The notes: generated from the sequence alone by a model not told the origin. A DNA stretch of 64,000 nt from an uncultured bacterium (GCA_963705915.1 OY970126.1:10035-74034); one strand, 5' to 3'; positions 8,091 to 18,230 are shown, numbered from the stretch's first letter. Translations and numbers: made by a program.

Positions 8091-9341
8091 ATGCATATGA
8101 AACGACTGTTCCTCGGCGTTGGAGTCGGAGTCGTAGCCATCACAACGTTTTCCTTTATATCGGCCGCCCGCGGCGGCGTTTTCGGCGCGAAAATGGCGGC
8201 GGCGCCAACGGCCGAGGCGGCCACAACGGGAGCGGCCACCACGGCCTCCACCAAGCTCATCTACGGCGCCTGGGTGCCCTACTGGCAATCCCAGCCGGGC
8301 GAGGAAGATATTGCCATCCATCTCGATAGCCTTAACGAAGTGAGCCCGTTTTCATACGAAATCGGCCAAGGCGGCAGTCTCATCGACGATTTGAACATCA
8401 ACAACGGGTCCTGGGCCGGTTGGTTTTCGGCCATCAGCGAACTGAACGTCAAAATCATCCCGACGATCGCAGACTTTGACGCGACGGCAATTTACAATCT
8501 CCTCTCAAACACGCAAAGCCGCCAGGCGGAAGAAGATAACATTGCAGCGCTCGTGAAGGCGCAGGGCTTTAATGGCATCGACATAGATTTTGAAGGCATG
8601 TCGCCGGCCACCCGCCCGTACTATTCATTATTCATAGAGGGCCTCGCCATTCGTTTGCATCCGATGGGGGACATGCTCACGTGCACCGTCGTTCCGCGCG
8701 TGCCGCCGAGCCAAATTTATAACGTGGTTCCGAGCAATATCGTTTACCCGGAAAGTTATCCGGTACTCAACCAATATTGCGACGAAGTCCGTTTGATGGC
8801 GTACGACCAGGAAACGAGCGACCTCACGCTCGATTCGGAAAAAGGCGATGGCACGCTCTATGCGCCGGTCTCGGATCCCACGTGGGCAAAATCAGTCATC
8901 ACGACGGCGCTCCAATATATAAGCCCAAAGAAGATCATGCTTGGCGTTCCAACGTATGGCTACGAGTACGAAGTCTCGTGGGCAAACGATGAGACCACCT
9001 ATCAGCTTGTGCGGAGCTGGGATTACTTTGGCGCCATGGATCGCGCCGATTCGCTTGGTATCGAGCCAACGCGCGATAATGCCGACGAACTGAGCTTCAC
9101 GTTCGCCTCGAGCACCTACATCGCGGAACCCGCAGACCTTGTGACGACCGTCCAGTCGTCCGAGCCAACGCTCCTCACGCAGCCGAACCCCCAGAACCTC
9201 ACGCAATTCTTCGTTTCATTCCCGGATGCCCAGTCCGTGGCGGACAAAGTGGCACTTGCGAAGGAATATGGTCTCCGCGGCGTTATGCTCTTCAAAGCCG
9301 ACGGCGAGATGGACCCGAACATCTGGAACGTCCTGAACTAA
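8091..9341 (+). CDS. Secreted glycoside hydrolase family 18 (chitinase-like)
   Basis: Signal/TM segment, Ala/Thr linker, GH18 catalytic motif FNGIDIDFEG (DxxDxDxE). Confidence 0.75.
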   Translation: MHMKRLFLGVGVGVVAITTFSFISAARGGVFGAKMAAAPTAEAATTGAATTASTKLIYGAWVPYWQSQPGEEDIAIHLDSLNEVSPFSYEIGQGGSLIDDLNINNGSWAGWFSAISELNVKIIPTIADFDATAIYNLLSNTQSRQAEEDNIAALVKAQGFNGIDIDFEGMSPATRPYYSLFIEGLAIRLHPMGDMLTCTVVPRVPPSQIYNVVPSNIVYPESYPVLNQYCDEVRLMAYDQETSDLTLDSEKGDGTLYAPVSDPTWAKSVITTALQYISPKKIMLGVPTYGYEYEVSWANDETTYQLVRSWDYFGAMDRADSLGIEPTRDNADELSFTFASSTYIAEPADLVTTVQSSEPTLLTQPNPQNLTQFFVSFPDAQSVADKVALAKEYGLRGVMLFKADGEMDPNIWNVLN

Positions 9342-9349
9342 CTAAAAAA

Positions 9350-9408
9350 AGAACCCTCTCTCATGTCACCCAGTAAGAACAAGTGACACGAGAGAGGGTT
9401 CTTTTTTT
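9350..9408. terminator. Bidirectional terminator (19-bp stem GAACCCTCTCTCATGTCAC / GTGACACGAGAGAGGGTTC, flanked by A7 and T7)
   Basis: Lies between the convergent GH18 and 3D-domain genes. Confidence 0.75.
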
Positions 9409-9417
9409 GCTGTTTAA

Positions 9418-9894
9418 CTATTTGACTGCCACTGCCAGTGCAGTTGTTTGCGTGCTTGTGCCCGCCGTTTGCGCAACGCTCGGTCCCGGGGGGATCACGA
9501 CGATCTCCGCGCGATGCACGCCGAAGACGATCGCTTTGCCGACCGAAGGCATCCAGATGTCCACCGAATTTTTGAAGTACGGCGCCATCCGGTCTTCAAC
9601 GGTGAAGACTTTGTTGCCAAAGAGGCTTGGGATCATGACCTCCGTGCCGAACGGCAGGAAGTTGGCTGCGATGATGCCGTTGTGGACCACCGTGCCATTC
9701 GCCGTGATGAACGGCGTACTGTCGGTCTCATCCGCGACGCTCGCATAGGCTGTAATGCGCACATTGAGCGTTGTCGGCGCTCCCGGCACATCGCCGGGGG
9801 TGGTTGGGCCTGAACCTGCTTTGGTGACCGCAAAGGGGAGCAAATATCCTGCAATGGAAAGGAGCGCTGCAATCACTACGATTTTCTTTTTCAT
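9418..9894 (-). CDS. 3D-domain protein (RlpA/MltA-like barrel; cell-wall binding, YuiC-like)
   Basis: Signal peptide. Motif ITAYASVADETDSTPFITANGT is characteristic of 3D domains. Confidence 0.7.
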   Translation of the reverse strand: MKKKIVVIAALLSIAGYLLPFAVTKAGSGPTTPGDVPGAPTTLNVRITAYASVADETDSTPFITANGTVVHNGIIAANFLPFGTEVMIPSLFGNKVFTVEDRMAPYFKNSVDIWMPSVGKAIVFGVHRAEIVVIPPGPSVAQTAGTSTQTTALAVAVK

Positions 9895-10189
9895 AATAAG
9901 GGTAAGAAAAGCGATATGGGCCGTTCACGCGGGCTTCCAACAAAAACGCCCCTCTCGGGGCTATACCATACCGTATTTAATTACCGGGTAATTCTAGCGC
10001 GGTTTGGCCAGGAAGTCAATATGGCCCTGGATAGGCCGTAAAATATGCCTAAAAACGAGCAAAAACAGGGGTTCTAGCCGGAGGGAAACGAAACCTCCGA
10101 AGAGATTTCCCGACTAAGGCCCCTGCTTCTGACCGCTTTTTAGGGAGCTAAAATGTGCCCGGATGATAGCAAATTAGCCAAAAAAAAGA

Positions 10190-10216
10190 AAGCCGCAGGG
10201 TTGGTGCGGCTTTTTG
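10190..10216. terminator. Terminator hairpin AGCCGCA..TGCGGCT flanked by A8 and T5
   Basis: Just downstream of the minus-strand gene at 10236..10739. Also fits a plus-strand transcript from the 9.96-10.18 kb spacer. Confidence 0.6.
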
Positions 10217-10235
10217 GGGAGGGACTACTCAGGCG

Positions 10236-10739
10236 TCAGCGGGAGAAGGTGACATGCTTGATTTCCCAAGCTTGCGGTGGCTTCTTGATCCACTTTTGGC
10301 CCATGTGCTTCCGGATCTTTTTGAGATCCTGGATGTCTTTTACGAGCTGGGAATCTTCGTCGAAATAGGAGACGACGATCCTTCGGTAAGGGTTCTCTGC
10401 GGTGAGGACGATATCCCGTCCTTTGATCGAGAGGTCTGCTTCATCCACCATCTTCATGGAGGCTTGGGAGTTCATCTTGAGGTCGGGGTAGAGACTCAAC
10501 CTATCCAAGTGCCTCCGGAGATCTTCGCGGACGCGCCGATCCTTTTCCACGTAGCGACCTTCGCGGAGATTGTCGTAGGTGCCGGCGTTCTGCGCGAGGT
10601 TTTGCTCGCTTGCCCCGATGCCGAGCGTTTCCCGCTCGAATATATCGTAGCGTAGCTGTAGCACATGGCGAGCAGCCAAGACCACGAGAGCGGCCGTGAA
10701 CATCATGAGCAATACCATAGTGTAAGACATATCGAACAC
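10236..10739 (-). CDS. Membrane-anchored hypothetical protein
   Basis: N-terminal TM helix and a charged soluble domain. No motif recognised. Confidence 0.5.
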   Translation of the reverse strand: MFDMSYTMVLLMMFTAALVVLAARHVLQLRYDIFERETLGIGASEQNLAQNAGTYDNLREGRYVEKDRRVREDLRRHLDRLSLYPDLKMNSQASMKMVDEADLSIKGRDIVLTAENPYRRIVVSYFDEDSQLVKDIQDLKKIRKHMGQKWIKKPPQAWEIKHVTFSR

Positions 10740-10799
10740 TCCTCTATTATTGAGATGTGATATCCGTGGTTCTGAGGTTATTATAACCTAAAAAATAGA

Positions 10800-11285
10800 T
10801 TATTGCAAGGGGGCGGATTTTCGCTTTGCAAGCCACTCGTGGAGGATGAGGCCGATGAGGATAACGTCGAAGACGGTGAGGAGGATGATGAGGAGTGAGT
10901 GGAAATAAACGTAGCTGTAGATCTGATAGAAGGCGAGGGCGCCAAAGACTGCTGCGGCGGCGGGGTAGGCCCAGAGTTTTCCGTAGTATATGGCGATGAG
11001 GGCAGCGATCTTCGCGATGCTGTGAGATACGAGGATGAACGCCCAGAACGATTGCGCCGGGCCGAGGAATGATTGGTAGCCCTGGATGAATAATCCCCAA
11101 AGAAGATCGCGCGGCTGCTCGTTCATTTCTCCGCCGATAAAGAACGCAAGCAAGCCGTTCAAGCTCGCCGCGCTCATCACATACAAAAGGACGCCTCCGA
11201 TGAGTTCAATCACGGTGAGGACCGCTTTGATCCACATCCCTATGTCAAAAAGGAGGTGGTAGCGTTTTTCGGTGAGGGCGGGCAT
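10800..11285 (-). CDS. Polytopic membrane protein (DUF2127-like)
   Basis: Start taken at the MPALTEK Met, which overlaps the upstream stop as ATGA/TAATG. 4-5 TM helices. Confidence 0.5.
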   Translation of the reverse strand: MPALTEKRYHLLFDIGMWIKAVLTVIELIGGVLLYVMSAASLNGLLAFFIGGEMNEQPRDLLWGLFIQGYQSFLGPAQSFWAFILVSHSIAKIAALIAIYYGKLWAYPAAAAVFGALAFYQIYSYVYFHSLLIILLTVFDVILIGLILHEWLAKRKSAPLQ

Positions 11286-11515
11286 TATTTTTCGTGTCGC
11301 AGGATATTCCAAATAAAGAACGAAATCATGGAAACTGCGAATGACAGGGAGCCAAACGTATCTTCGCGCGGCCAATCAACGAAGTGGGTAAGTGGCATGG
11401 ACAGCGTCCAGGGGTGTATGGCCGAATTCAAAACAATATAAAGCCAGCCCAGGAGGCCGAAGACGAATAACGTAAGAAATAATGACTGCCAGATTTTCAT
11501 AGAGTCATTATACAT
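11285..11515 (-). CDS. Small membrane protein (2 TM), translationally coupled to the downstream membrane gene
   Basis: 76 aa and hydrophobic. 4-nt overlap with the next gene. Confidence 0.4.
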   Translation of the reverse strand: MYNDSMKIWQSLFLTLFVFGLLGWLYIVLNSAIHPWTLSMPLTHFVDWPREDTFGSLSFAVSMISFFIWNILRHEK

Positions 11516-11571
11516 GACGTAGCGATAAATGTTCTATTTCTGGACATTTTACGTATTATCTGTTATATTTT

Positions 11572-12918
11572 GTGCTTCATATATCAACTCACATGAGCAA
11601 AAAAATCTGCATCGTGGGCGCGGGCCTCGTGGGATCACTTATGGCTATTTTTTTGGCCGAAGCCGGATTTAACGTTGATGTTTACGAGAAAAGAAAGGAC
11701 CCGACAAAAGACACAAAAACCCGGGGCCGTTCGATCGGATTATCACTTTCCGACCGCGGATGGAAAGCATTGCGCCAAGCTGGCTTGGAAAAAGAAATTA
11801 AGGCACACACCCAGCCTGCGTACGCTCGCGTGGTCCATGAAGAAGACGGAACAACCGTCACGCAATTCTATGGCGATGGCTCTCAGGCAATCTATACGGT
11901 GAACCGAAATTATTTGAATGCCACGCTCATCAAGAAAGCTGCGTCGACCGGCCGAGTTTCGTTCTTCTTTGAACAAGGCAAAGGAAACCTTTCAGACCTT
12001 AAAGACTACGACCACGTGATTGCCGCAGATGGTGTGTTTTCTGAACTCCGCAGCGCGCTGTTTGATGAAGGTGCATTCGAAACATCGCTACTCAGCTTTG
12101 GATACAAGGAGCTGTGCATACCATCAAAGCCAGGGGAGGCGCACGCGCTCAATAAGGAACGTATCCATGTGTGGCCGAGAAAAAATTCTTTCCTCATTGC
12201 GTTCCCCACCATTGAGGGTGAATTTGTTTCAACGCTCTTTCTCCCTGCGGCCGGGCCCGATTCGCTTGAGGCAATAACCACAAAGAAGCAGCTGATGGAT
12301 TTCTTTGCACGGGAATATAAAGAGGTGATCGATCTCGTGCCAAACCTTGAAAAGGAATTTTTCCATAATCCTTTTTCCACAATCACCGAGGTGCAAGGCG
12401 GTCCCTGGAATTTCCAAGATCGCGTGCTCTTTTTAGGAGATGCTGTTCATGCCATAACACCGTTCTATGGTATGGGCATGAACATCGGCTTCGAAGACTG
12501 CACAGTATTTATGGACCATCTCGAGAAAAATAAATTTGATTTTGGGAAAACCTTCAAAGAATTTACCGCCATCCGCAAGCCAGACACCGATGCCATGCGA
12601 GAGCTTTCGTTCAAGAATTTTAAGAGCATCGAGGAAAGCCCCGATCCCTTATATCAAACCAAGTGGCACCTTGAGCGGAGGATTTGGAAGCTTTTTCCGA
12701 ACCAATGGATGCCAGCGTATCCACTCATCACGCTTTCCGAAGTCCCGCTGCGCGTGGTGCCGGAGATCAAAGATCGGCAAGATAGGATCATCGATGAACT
12801 CGTCCGCGACATGCCAGGCATTGGCGAGATTGGTGATAAAGAATTGAAAGATGTGGTGCTGGGGAAGATGAAGGAATACTTGCCCGCCACCAAACTCTAT
12901 GATATACAGAAAATCTAA
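11572..12918 (+). CDS. kmo: Kynurenine 3-monooxygenase-like FAD-dependent monooxygenase
   Basis: FAD-binding ICIVGAGLVGSLMAIFLAEAGFNVDVYEKR. GD motif GDAVHAITPFYGMGMNIGFEDC closely matches KMO. The start could be the internal MSKKIC at 11593. Confidence 0.7.
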   Translation: MLHISTHMSKKICIVGAGLVGSLMAIFLAEAGFNVDVYEKRKDPTKDTKTRGRSIGLSLSDRGWKALRQAGLEKEIKAHTQPAYARVVHEEDGTTVTQFYGDGSQAIYTVNRNYLNATLIKKAASTGRVSFFFEQGKGNLSDLKDYDHVIAADGVFSELRSALFDEGAFETSLLSFGYKELCIPSKPGEAHALNKERIHVWPRKNSFLIAFPTIEGEFVSTLFLPAAGPDSLEAITTKKQLMDFFAREYKEVIDLVPNLEKEFFHNPFSTITEVQGGPWNFQDRVLFLGDAVHAITPFYGMGMNIGFEDCTVFMDHLEKNKFDFGKTFKEFTAIRKPDTDAMRELSFKNFKSIEESPDPLYQTKWHLERRIWKLFPNQWMPAYPLITLSEVPLRVVPEIKDRQDRIIDELVRDMPGIGEIGDKELKDVVLGKMKEYLPATKLYDIQKI

Positions 12919-12941
12919 ACTAAAGACGGATAATATAAAAC

Positions 12942-13934
12942 ATGAAGAGGATACTTATCACTGGGGGAGCTGGCTTTATTGGTCATCATTTTGTTGATTA
13001 TCTTTTGCGAAACACAGACTGGGAAATTGTTTTGCTCGAACGACTGAGTCATTCTGGTAATCTTAACCGCATATCGCAGCTCGACTCATATAAGGCTAAT
13101 CCTGATCGTGTCACTGTGATTCATCACGATCTTCGTTCCCCGGTCAATCAATATGTTACAAAAGGCATTGGCGACGTCCAATACATCGTACACTTCGCCG
13201 CATCTACGCATGTCGACCGGTCGATTGAGGATCCTATGTCGTTCGTGCTCGACAATGTAGTCGGTACCACGAATTTGCTTCAATTTGCACGAACCTTACC
13301 CCATCTTCAGTTAATGGTGAATTTCAGCACTGATGAGGTATTCGGCCCTGCGCCCGCAGGCGTGTACCATAAAGAAGATGCACCACACCATCCTTCAAAT
13401 GCCTATTCTGCAACGAAAAGCGGGCAGGAAAAAATAGCAGAAGCATTTTTTGTGACTTATAAATTTCCCGTGATTAATACGCATACGATGAATAATTTTG
13501 GCGAACGGCAGCATTCAGAAAAATTCATCCCGAAGCTTGTGAAAAATATTTTAGAAGGCAAGCCAATGCCGATCTATGCGACGGTAGAAAATGGCGTTGT
13601 GAAGGATATCGGTAGTCGCGTGTGGATGTATGCCCAGAATACGGCTGACGCGATTTATTTTTTGCTTCAAAATGCGACAGCAGGAGAGGAATATAATGTC
13701 ATCGGATTTGATGAGCTTAATTTGATTCAACTTGGCGACATGATAGCGGAAATTATTGGAAAGCCCCTTATAAAAGAATACGTTGGCTTCTATGGTGCGC
13801 GACCTGGTCACGATCGACGCTATGCACTCGACGGCACTAAGATGAAAAACCTTGGATGGAATCCGCCATCAAATCTTAAGGAGTCTTTGGAGAAAACGGT
13901 CAAATTTACCGTTGATCATCCAGAATGGCGATAA
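12942..13934 (+). CDS. rfbB: NAD-dependent sugar-nucleotide 4,6-dehydratase/epimerase (dTDP-glucose 4,6-dehydratase-like)
   Basis: Rossmann motif ILITGGAGFIGHHF; SDR-type YSATK active site. 330 aa. Confidence 0.7.
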   Translation: MKRILITGGAGFIGHHFVDYLLRNTDWEIVLLERLSHSGNLNRISQLDSYKANPDRVTVIHHDLRSPVNQYVTKGIGDVQYIVHFAASTHVDRSIEDPMSFVLDNVVGTTNLLQFARTLPHLQLMVNFSTDEVFGPAPAGVYHKEDAPHHPSNAYSATKSGQEKIAEAFFVTYKFPVINTHTMNNFGERQHSEKFIPKLVKNILEGKPMPIYATVENGVVKDIGSRVWMYAQNTADAIYFLLQNATAGEEYNVIGFDELNLIQLGDMIAEIIGKPLIKEYVGFYGARPGHDRRYALDGTKMKNLGWNPPSNLKESLEKTVKFTVDHPEWR

Positions 13935-14641
13935 AGGGCATCATCCTTGCGGGAGGATTGGGAACGCGTTTGCGGCCCCTGACTTACATTACCAATAAAC
14001 ACTTGCTTCCGATTTATAACAAGCCGATGATATTGTATCCGCTTGAAACGCTGAAACAGGCTGGCGTGACCGAAATCATGATCGTTTGTGGCAAGGAGCA
14101 CGGCGGAGGATTTATGAATTTTTTAGGATCCGGGAAAGATTACGGGCTAAAACTCTCTTATGCTTTACAGAACGGTTCCGGCGGGATTGCGGAAGCGCTC
14201 TCGCTTGCCGAGGATTTCGCAGCTAACTCAAAAGTCGCTGTCATTTTGGGCGACAATATTTACGAAGATAACTTTGTAGAGCACTTTTCAAAATTTGAGA
14301 AAGCTTCAGGAGCTATGGTTTTTTTGAAGCAGGTCGCTGATGCAAATCGCTTTGGTGTTGCCGAAGTGAGTGGCGAAAAAATCATCAAAGTTGAGGAAAA
14401 GCCTAAAACGCCAAAATCCAATTTGGCAGTCACTGGAATCTATCTCTACGACCCGGATGTATTCCAGAAAATCAAAACGTTGAAGCCTTCGGGGCGTGGG
14501 GAGCTTGAAATAACGGACATTCAAAATCTCTATATTAAGGAAGGAAAATTAAGTTTTGTTGAAGTCAGAGGATTTTGGTCTGACGCTGGGACGTTCGAAT
14601 CACTCTTAAGAACTGCAAATTGGATCGCTAAGAAAGATTAG
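13925..14641 (+). CDS. rfbA: Glucose-1-phosphate thymidylyltransferase, short form
   Basis: GIILAGGLGTRLRPLT nucleotidyltransferase signature. Overlaps rfbB by 10 nt. Confidence 0.8.
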   Translation: MAIKGIILAGGLGTRLRPLTYITNKHLLPIYNKPMILYPLETLKQAGVTEIMIVCGKEHGGGFMNFLGSGKDYGLKLSYALQNGSGGIAEALSLAEDFAANSKVAVILGDNIYEDNFVEHFSKFEKASGAMVFLKQVADANRFGVAEVSGEKIIKVEEKPKTPKSNLAVTGIYLYDPDVFQKIKTLKPSGRGELEITDIQNLYIKEGKLSFVEVRGFWSDAGTFESLLRTANWIAKKD

Positions 14642-15975
14642 TTAGTAGGTTCAATGAGGTTTTTGAGGGTGGTATAGGCGGGCTTAGGAGTACCATCATA
14701 GCGAAGAAGACCGAAAAAGTTTTCGTTAGTGATTGTTGATGTCCCAAGGTCCTGATAGCTGTACCAGAAAAAGGGTCCGGCCCACGGTAGTTGTTCAACC
14801 GAAGTTACTGCTTCGGAAAGCATTTGTGCTTGTAGAGCCTCAGTTACATGATCAGGCATTCCAGAGAAATTCGCTAAACTTCCATCGGTTGCCAGCGGCC
14901 CTGGTCCTCCAGTTGGTGCTCCGTATTCTGTGAGCCAAACTTTTTTTGCCGCGTCGCCATTCGCGAGCATAATACCCCTGATACTTTCAGGTGTGCTCGC
15001 CATTTGCGACCACGCGTTCCAAGGTTGGTAATTTAACGGTAGAGCTGGGAATGAATAAGGATGATCTCCGACGGCGTCAAAATAATTTTTCCCTCCATCT
15101 GCGTAGACGTCGGTCAAAAAATCCAACGGAGCGATGTTGCCATTGCTCGTTGCTGACGGCCCGAGACCTCCTGTTATAACTGTCGACGATGGCTCTACGC
15201 TTTTTATGGCTGCGTAAGTATCTTGAAGAAGTGTCGTATAGGCAGCCGGACTAGGCATGGGCTGCCATGATTCGGTTAAGTTCGGTTCATTCCATATTTC
15301 CCAAGCTGTAATTCCTTCTTGTCCGTAACGTTGGGCGGCCGCCTTGGCGAAAGCTGCAAAGTTTGCTGGATTACTTGGCGCACAGTTATAAGAATAACAG
15401 CCTGCTGGTCTTGCCCATGCTGGTGTATAATGCAATATCGCCAAGATTTTTAGATTCCTTGCATTTGCTGCTGCGACGATTGTATCGAAGAAGCCCCAAT
15501 TGTAATGAGCGCTGTCGGTCGGTTGAACGCCGCTCCACGGCAAGTCAACTCGTATCCAGCCGATGCCTAACGATGTAATATCGCTGAGTTCTTCACCAGG
15601 ATCACTTACGGCCATGAGATCGTCCGTCGCTATACCAAATTGATAGTTCAAACTGCTGCTGGCTGGGGTTATGATAGGAGCGGATGAAGTCGGGATACTC
15701 GTTGTTGGGGTGCTGATCGGTTGCGGATTGTCAATCGGAGGCAATATTGGAGAGATAGGAGGAGTCGTTGTTTGCTCACTTGTTGTACTCACCTGAGTAG
15801 AAGTGGCTTGAGTCGAAGACGAGTTGTTCGGTAGGGTGGTATTTGAATTATTGGAATTGGAACCATTCCAATCGATAGCCAAGCTTACCAAGCCCACTAT
15901 CAATATCGTTATTAACAATAAAAGAATCGCTCGCTGCGTATGCTTTTTTTGATCAGAAATGTATTTTGGTGACAT
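14638..15975 (-). CDS. Membrane-anchored glycoside hydrolase family 5
   Basis: TM anchor, S/T/P-rich linker, GH5 acid/base motif EIWNEPN and nucleophile motif WLTEYGAP. Confidence 0.75.
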   Translation of the reverse strand: MSPKYISDQKKHTQRAILLLLITILIVGLVSLAIDWNGSNSNNSNTTLPNNSSSTQATSTQVSTTSEQTTTPPISPILPPIDNPQPISTPTTSIPTSSAPIITPASSSLNYQFGIATDDLMAVSDPGEELSDITSLGIGWIRVDLPWSGVQPTDSAHYNWGFFDTIVAAANARNLKILAILHYTPAWARPAGCYSYNCAPSNPANFAAFAKAAAQRYGQEGITAWEIWNEPNLTESWQPMPSPAAYTTLLQDTYAAIKSVEPSSTVITGGLGPSATSNGNIAPLDFLTDVYADGGKNYFDAVGDHPYSFPALPLNYQPWNAWSQMASTPESIRGIMLANGDAAKKVWLTEYGAPTGGPGPLATDGSLANFSGMPDHVTEALQAQMLSEAVTSVEQLPWAGPFFWYSYQDLGTSTITNENFFGLLRYDGTPKPAYTTLKNLIEPTN

Positions 15976-16005
15976 AGACTCAATGAGCCCATGATACCAA
16001 ATGAA

Positions 16006-18180
16006 TTACAATCCTTGCAAAAGTAAACTCTTCATCGTTTGGTAAGCCGGCTTAGTGGTTCCATCGTAGCGAATCAAACCAAAAAAGTTTTGATTCGTGC
16101 TCGTGGAGGTTCCGAGGTCTTTATAGCTAAACCAGAACATCGGACCAGCCCAGCTATCTTGGCTAATTGAGGTGACTGCATCAGAAAGCATTTGACTCTG
16201 TAGTGCTTCTGTAACGTGATCGGGCATACCCGGGAAGCTATTTCCAGTGCCATCCGATGCGATATTTCCTGGACCACCGGTTGGTGCTCCGTATTCTGTA
16301 AGCCAGATCCGTTTGGTGGTATCGCCATTCGCAATCATGACACTCCGCAAGCTCGGTGTCGTTGCTGACATCTGCGACCATGCATTCCATGTTTGGAAAT
16401 TACTTGGGAGTGCGGGGAATGAATAAGGATGGAAACCTAAGGCGTCAAAGTAGGGCTCTGCGCCAGCCGCATACATTTGCGTTAAGAAAGTAATCGGGGC
16501 AATATCGCCACCCGTACTCGTTGCCGGAGCCAATCCACCGGATATTATGCCGGCAGCAGGATAAGCAGTTTTTATAGCCTTATAGCTATCTTTAAGGAGC
16601 GTCGTGTAGGCAGTGGCGCTTGCGGCCGGTTCCCATGAACCTGCCAGGTTTGGTTCATTCCAAATTTCCCAATCGATGACTCCTTTTGGAAAATATCTTG
16701 CAACCGCTGTTTCTGCGAAGTTGGCGAATTGTTGAGGGTTGACCGGCGGACATCGATCATCTTGAGCTGTACAATTGGGTGACATTGCCCATGATGGAGT
16801 GTAATCGACAACTGGTAGCGCTCTCAGCCCATGAGCGTTGAGTGCTGCAATAAAGCTATCAACGTAGCCCCAATTATAGGTTGACGAGTTATTAGGTTGG
16901 ACATGGTCCCACTGTATGTCGAACCGAACCCATCCAATGTCGAGCGATACGATGTCGTTAAGGTCATAGTTCAATGTAGCACTGCTCAATCCCATCAAAT
17001 TCTCACCGACTGATATGCCAAACCTGAGGTTTAGTCCGTTTTGTTGAGTAGTCACAATCACCGAACTTGAGATGGGAGAAGTATTTCCCGCTGCATCATA
17101 AGCAGAAACTGCAAATGAAAAAGTGGTACTTGGGGTAAGTCCCGCATCAGTAAAAGACGCCTCTGTAACGGTGCCGATACTGCTGCTTCCTTGATAAACA
17201 TTGTAACCAGCAACACCCACGTTATCTGTTGACGGAGTCCACGATAACGAAACAGAGGAAGTAGTGATTTTTACAATTGATGGCTCCCCAGGTGTCGAAG
17301 GGGGAGTCGTATCAGGAGGAGGCGGAGGACTGCCACCACCCCCACCCCCACCTCCACCTCCACCGCCCCCGCCCCCGCCCCCGCCTGAATAACCTCCACC
17401 CCCTCCGTATTGAGGAGTACTGTTAATAATTGTGATTTGCGAAGAAGACGCTGTCGAAGAAGGCGTAGAGACGGTTGTCGAATTCAGATCTGAATTTTCT
17501 GAAGGTAAAGAAGAATCCGTTTGCGCTTCTGTGTTCAGGCGCTCCATCTCCGCCCGACTTAGTGGTCCAAAGAAACCTGTTTGTGGAAGATCGTTTGTAC
17601 CTTGCCATTCTAAAACCGCGTTTGCGGTCATCTCTCCAAAAAATCCTGTCGGCTTAGTAAGCGAAAGATAATCATTCGCAATAAAAAATGATTGAAGTAT
17701 CGTTACATCCACACCGGAGTCGCCAATGGTGAGGTTGCGGGGATAGATATAACCGGTCGACGATGCGAAAGAGGCGACTGAAGTCGTCGTTCCTACTGAG
17801 GCTGTAGATATGGAGGTCGGCGTCTCTACGCCCGCAGTTTCATCGCCAGTGATTGCGGCGCGGCTCAACGGTCCAAAAAATCCTGTTGCAGGAAGCCCAT
17901 TCGATCCTTGCCATCCCGAAAGTGCGATTGCTGTGAGAGGGCCAAAAAATCCTGTCGGGTTTGGTACGTTAAGAAAGCCTTGTTTAATAAGGAAAGATTG
18001 TAGAGCGGATACATCTGCTCCGGTGCTTCCGACGGTGAGATTTCGTGTATATTCTTCTGAATTTGCTGCTGTCTGGGCTTTGGCTGAATAAAGTGGCAGA
18101 ATAGCAGTAATGGTAAGTGCTCCGATGAATAACAGAAAAACTGGGCGGAGCGTCCCTATGCTTCGGTTGCGTATACTCAT
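16006..18180 (-). CDS. Multidomain cell-surface protein: two peptidoglycan-binding (PG_binding_1-like) repeats, poly-Gly/Pro linker, FN3-like domain, C-terminal GH5 domain
   Basis: Repeated LQSFLIKQGFL...TGFFGPLT motifs. GGGGYSGGGGGGG..PPPPP tract. DWEIWNEPN and WLTEYGAP. The GH5 domain is paralogous to the 14638 gene. Confidence 0.75.
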   Translation of the reverse strand: MSIRNRSIGTLRPVFLLFIGALTITAILPLYSAKAQTAANSEEYTRNLTVGSTGADVSALQSFLIKQGFLNVPNPTGFFGPLTAIALSGWQGSNGLPATGFFGPLSRAAITGDETAGVETPTSISTASVGTTTSVASFASSTGYIYPRNLTIGDSGVDVTILQSFFIANDYLSLTKPTGFFGEMTANAVLEWQGTNDLPQTGFFGPLSRAEMERLNTEAQTDSSLPSENSDLNSTTVSTPSSTASSSQITIINSTPQYGGGGGYSGGGGGGGGGGGGGGGGGGSPPPPPDTTPPSTPGEPSIVKITTSSVSLSWTPSTDNVGVAGYNVYQGSSSIGTVTEASFTDAGLTPSTTFSFAVSAYDAAGNTSPISSSVIVTTQQNGLNLRFGISVGENLMGLSSATLNYDLNDIVSLDIGWVRFDIQWDHVQPNNSSTYNWGYVDSFIAALNAHGLRALPVVDYTPSWAMSPNCTAQDDRCPPVNPQQFANFAETAVARYFPKGVIDWEIWNEPNLAGSWEPAASATAYTTLLKDSYKAIKTAYPAAGIISGGLAPATSTGGDIAPITFLTQMYAAGAEPYFDALGFHPYSFPALPSNFQTWNAWSQMSATTPSLRSVMIANGDTTKRIWLTEYGAPTGGPGNIASDGTGNSFPGMPDHVTEALQSQMLSDAVTSISQDSWAGPMFWFSYKDLGTSTSTNQNFFGLIRYDGTTKPAYQTMKSLLLQGL
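17316..17410. repeat. Low-complexity GC-rich tract (CCCCCG hexamer repeats, GGN codons) encoding a Gly/Pro linker
   Basis: Simple-sequence repeat inside the 16006..18180 CDS. The 6-nt unit keeps the frame. Confidence 0.6.
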
Positions 18181-18230
18181 ATAGAGGAAGGTCGATAATT
18201 ACTACTAGTAATTATAAACGATTCTTTCGT

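Noticed and set aside
10063-10090. Reverse-orientation copy of repeat B in the 10-kb spacer (GGTTCTAGCCGGAGG)
   Set aside because: Only 8-9 nt of similarity, which is within chance.
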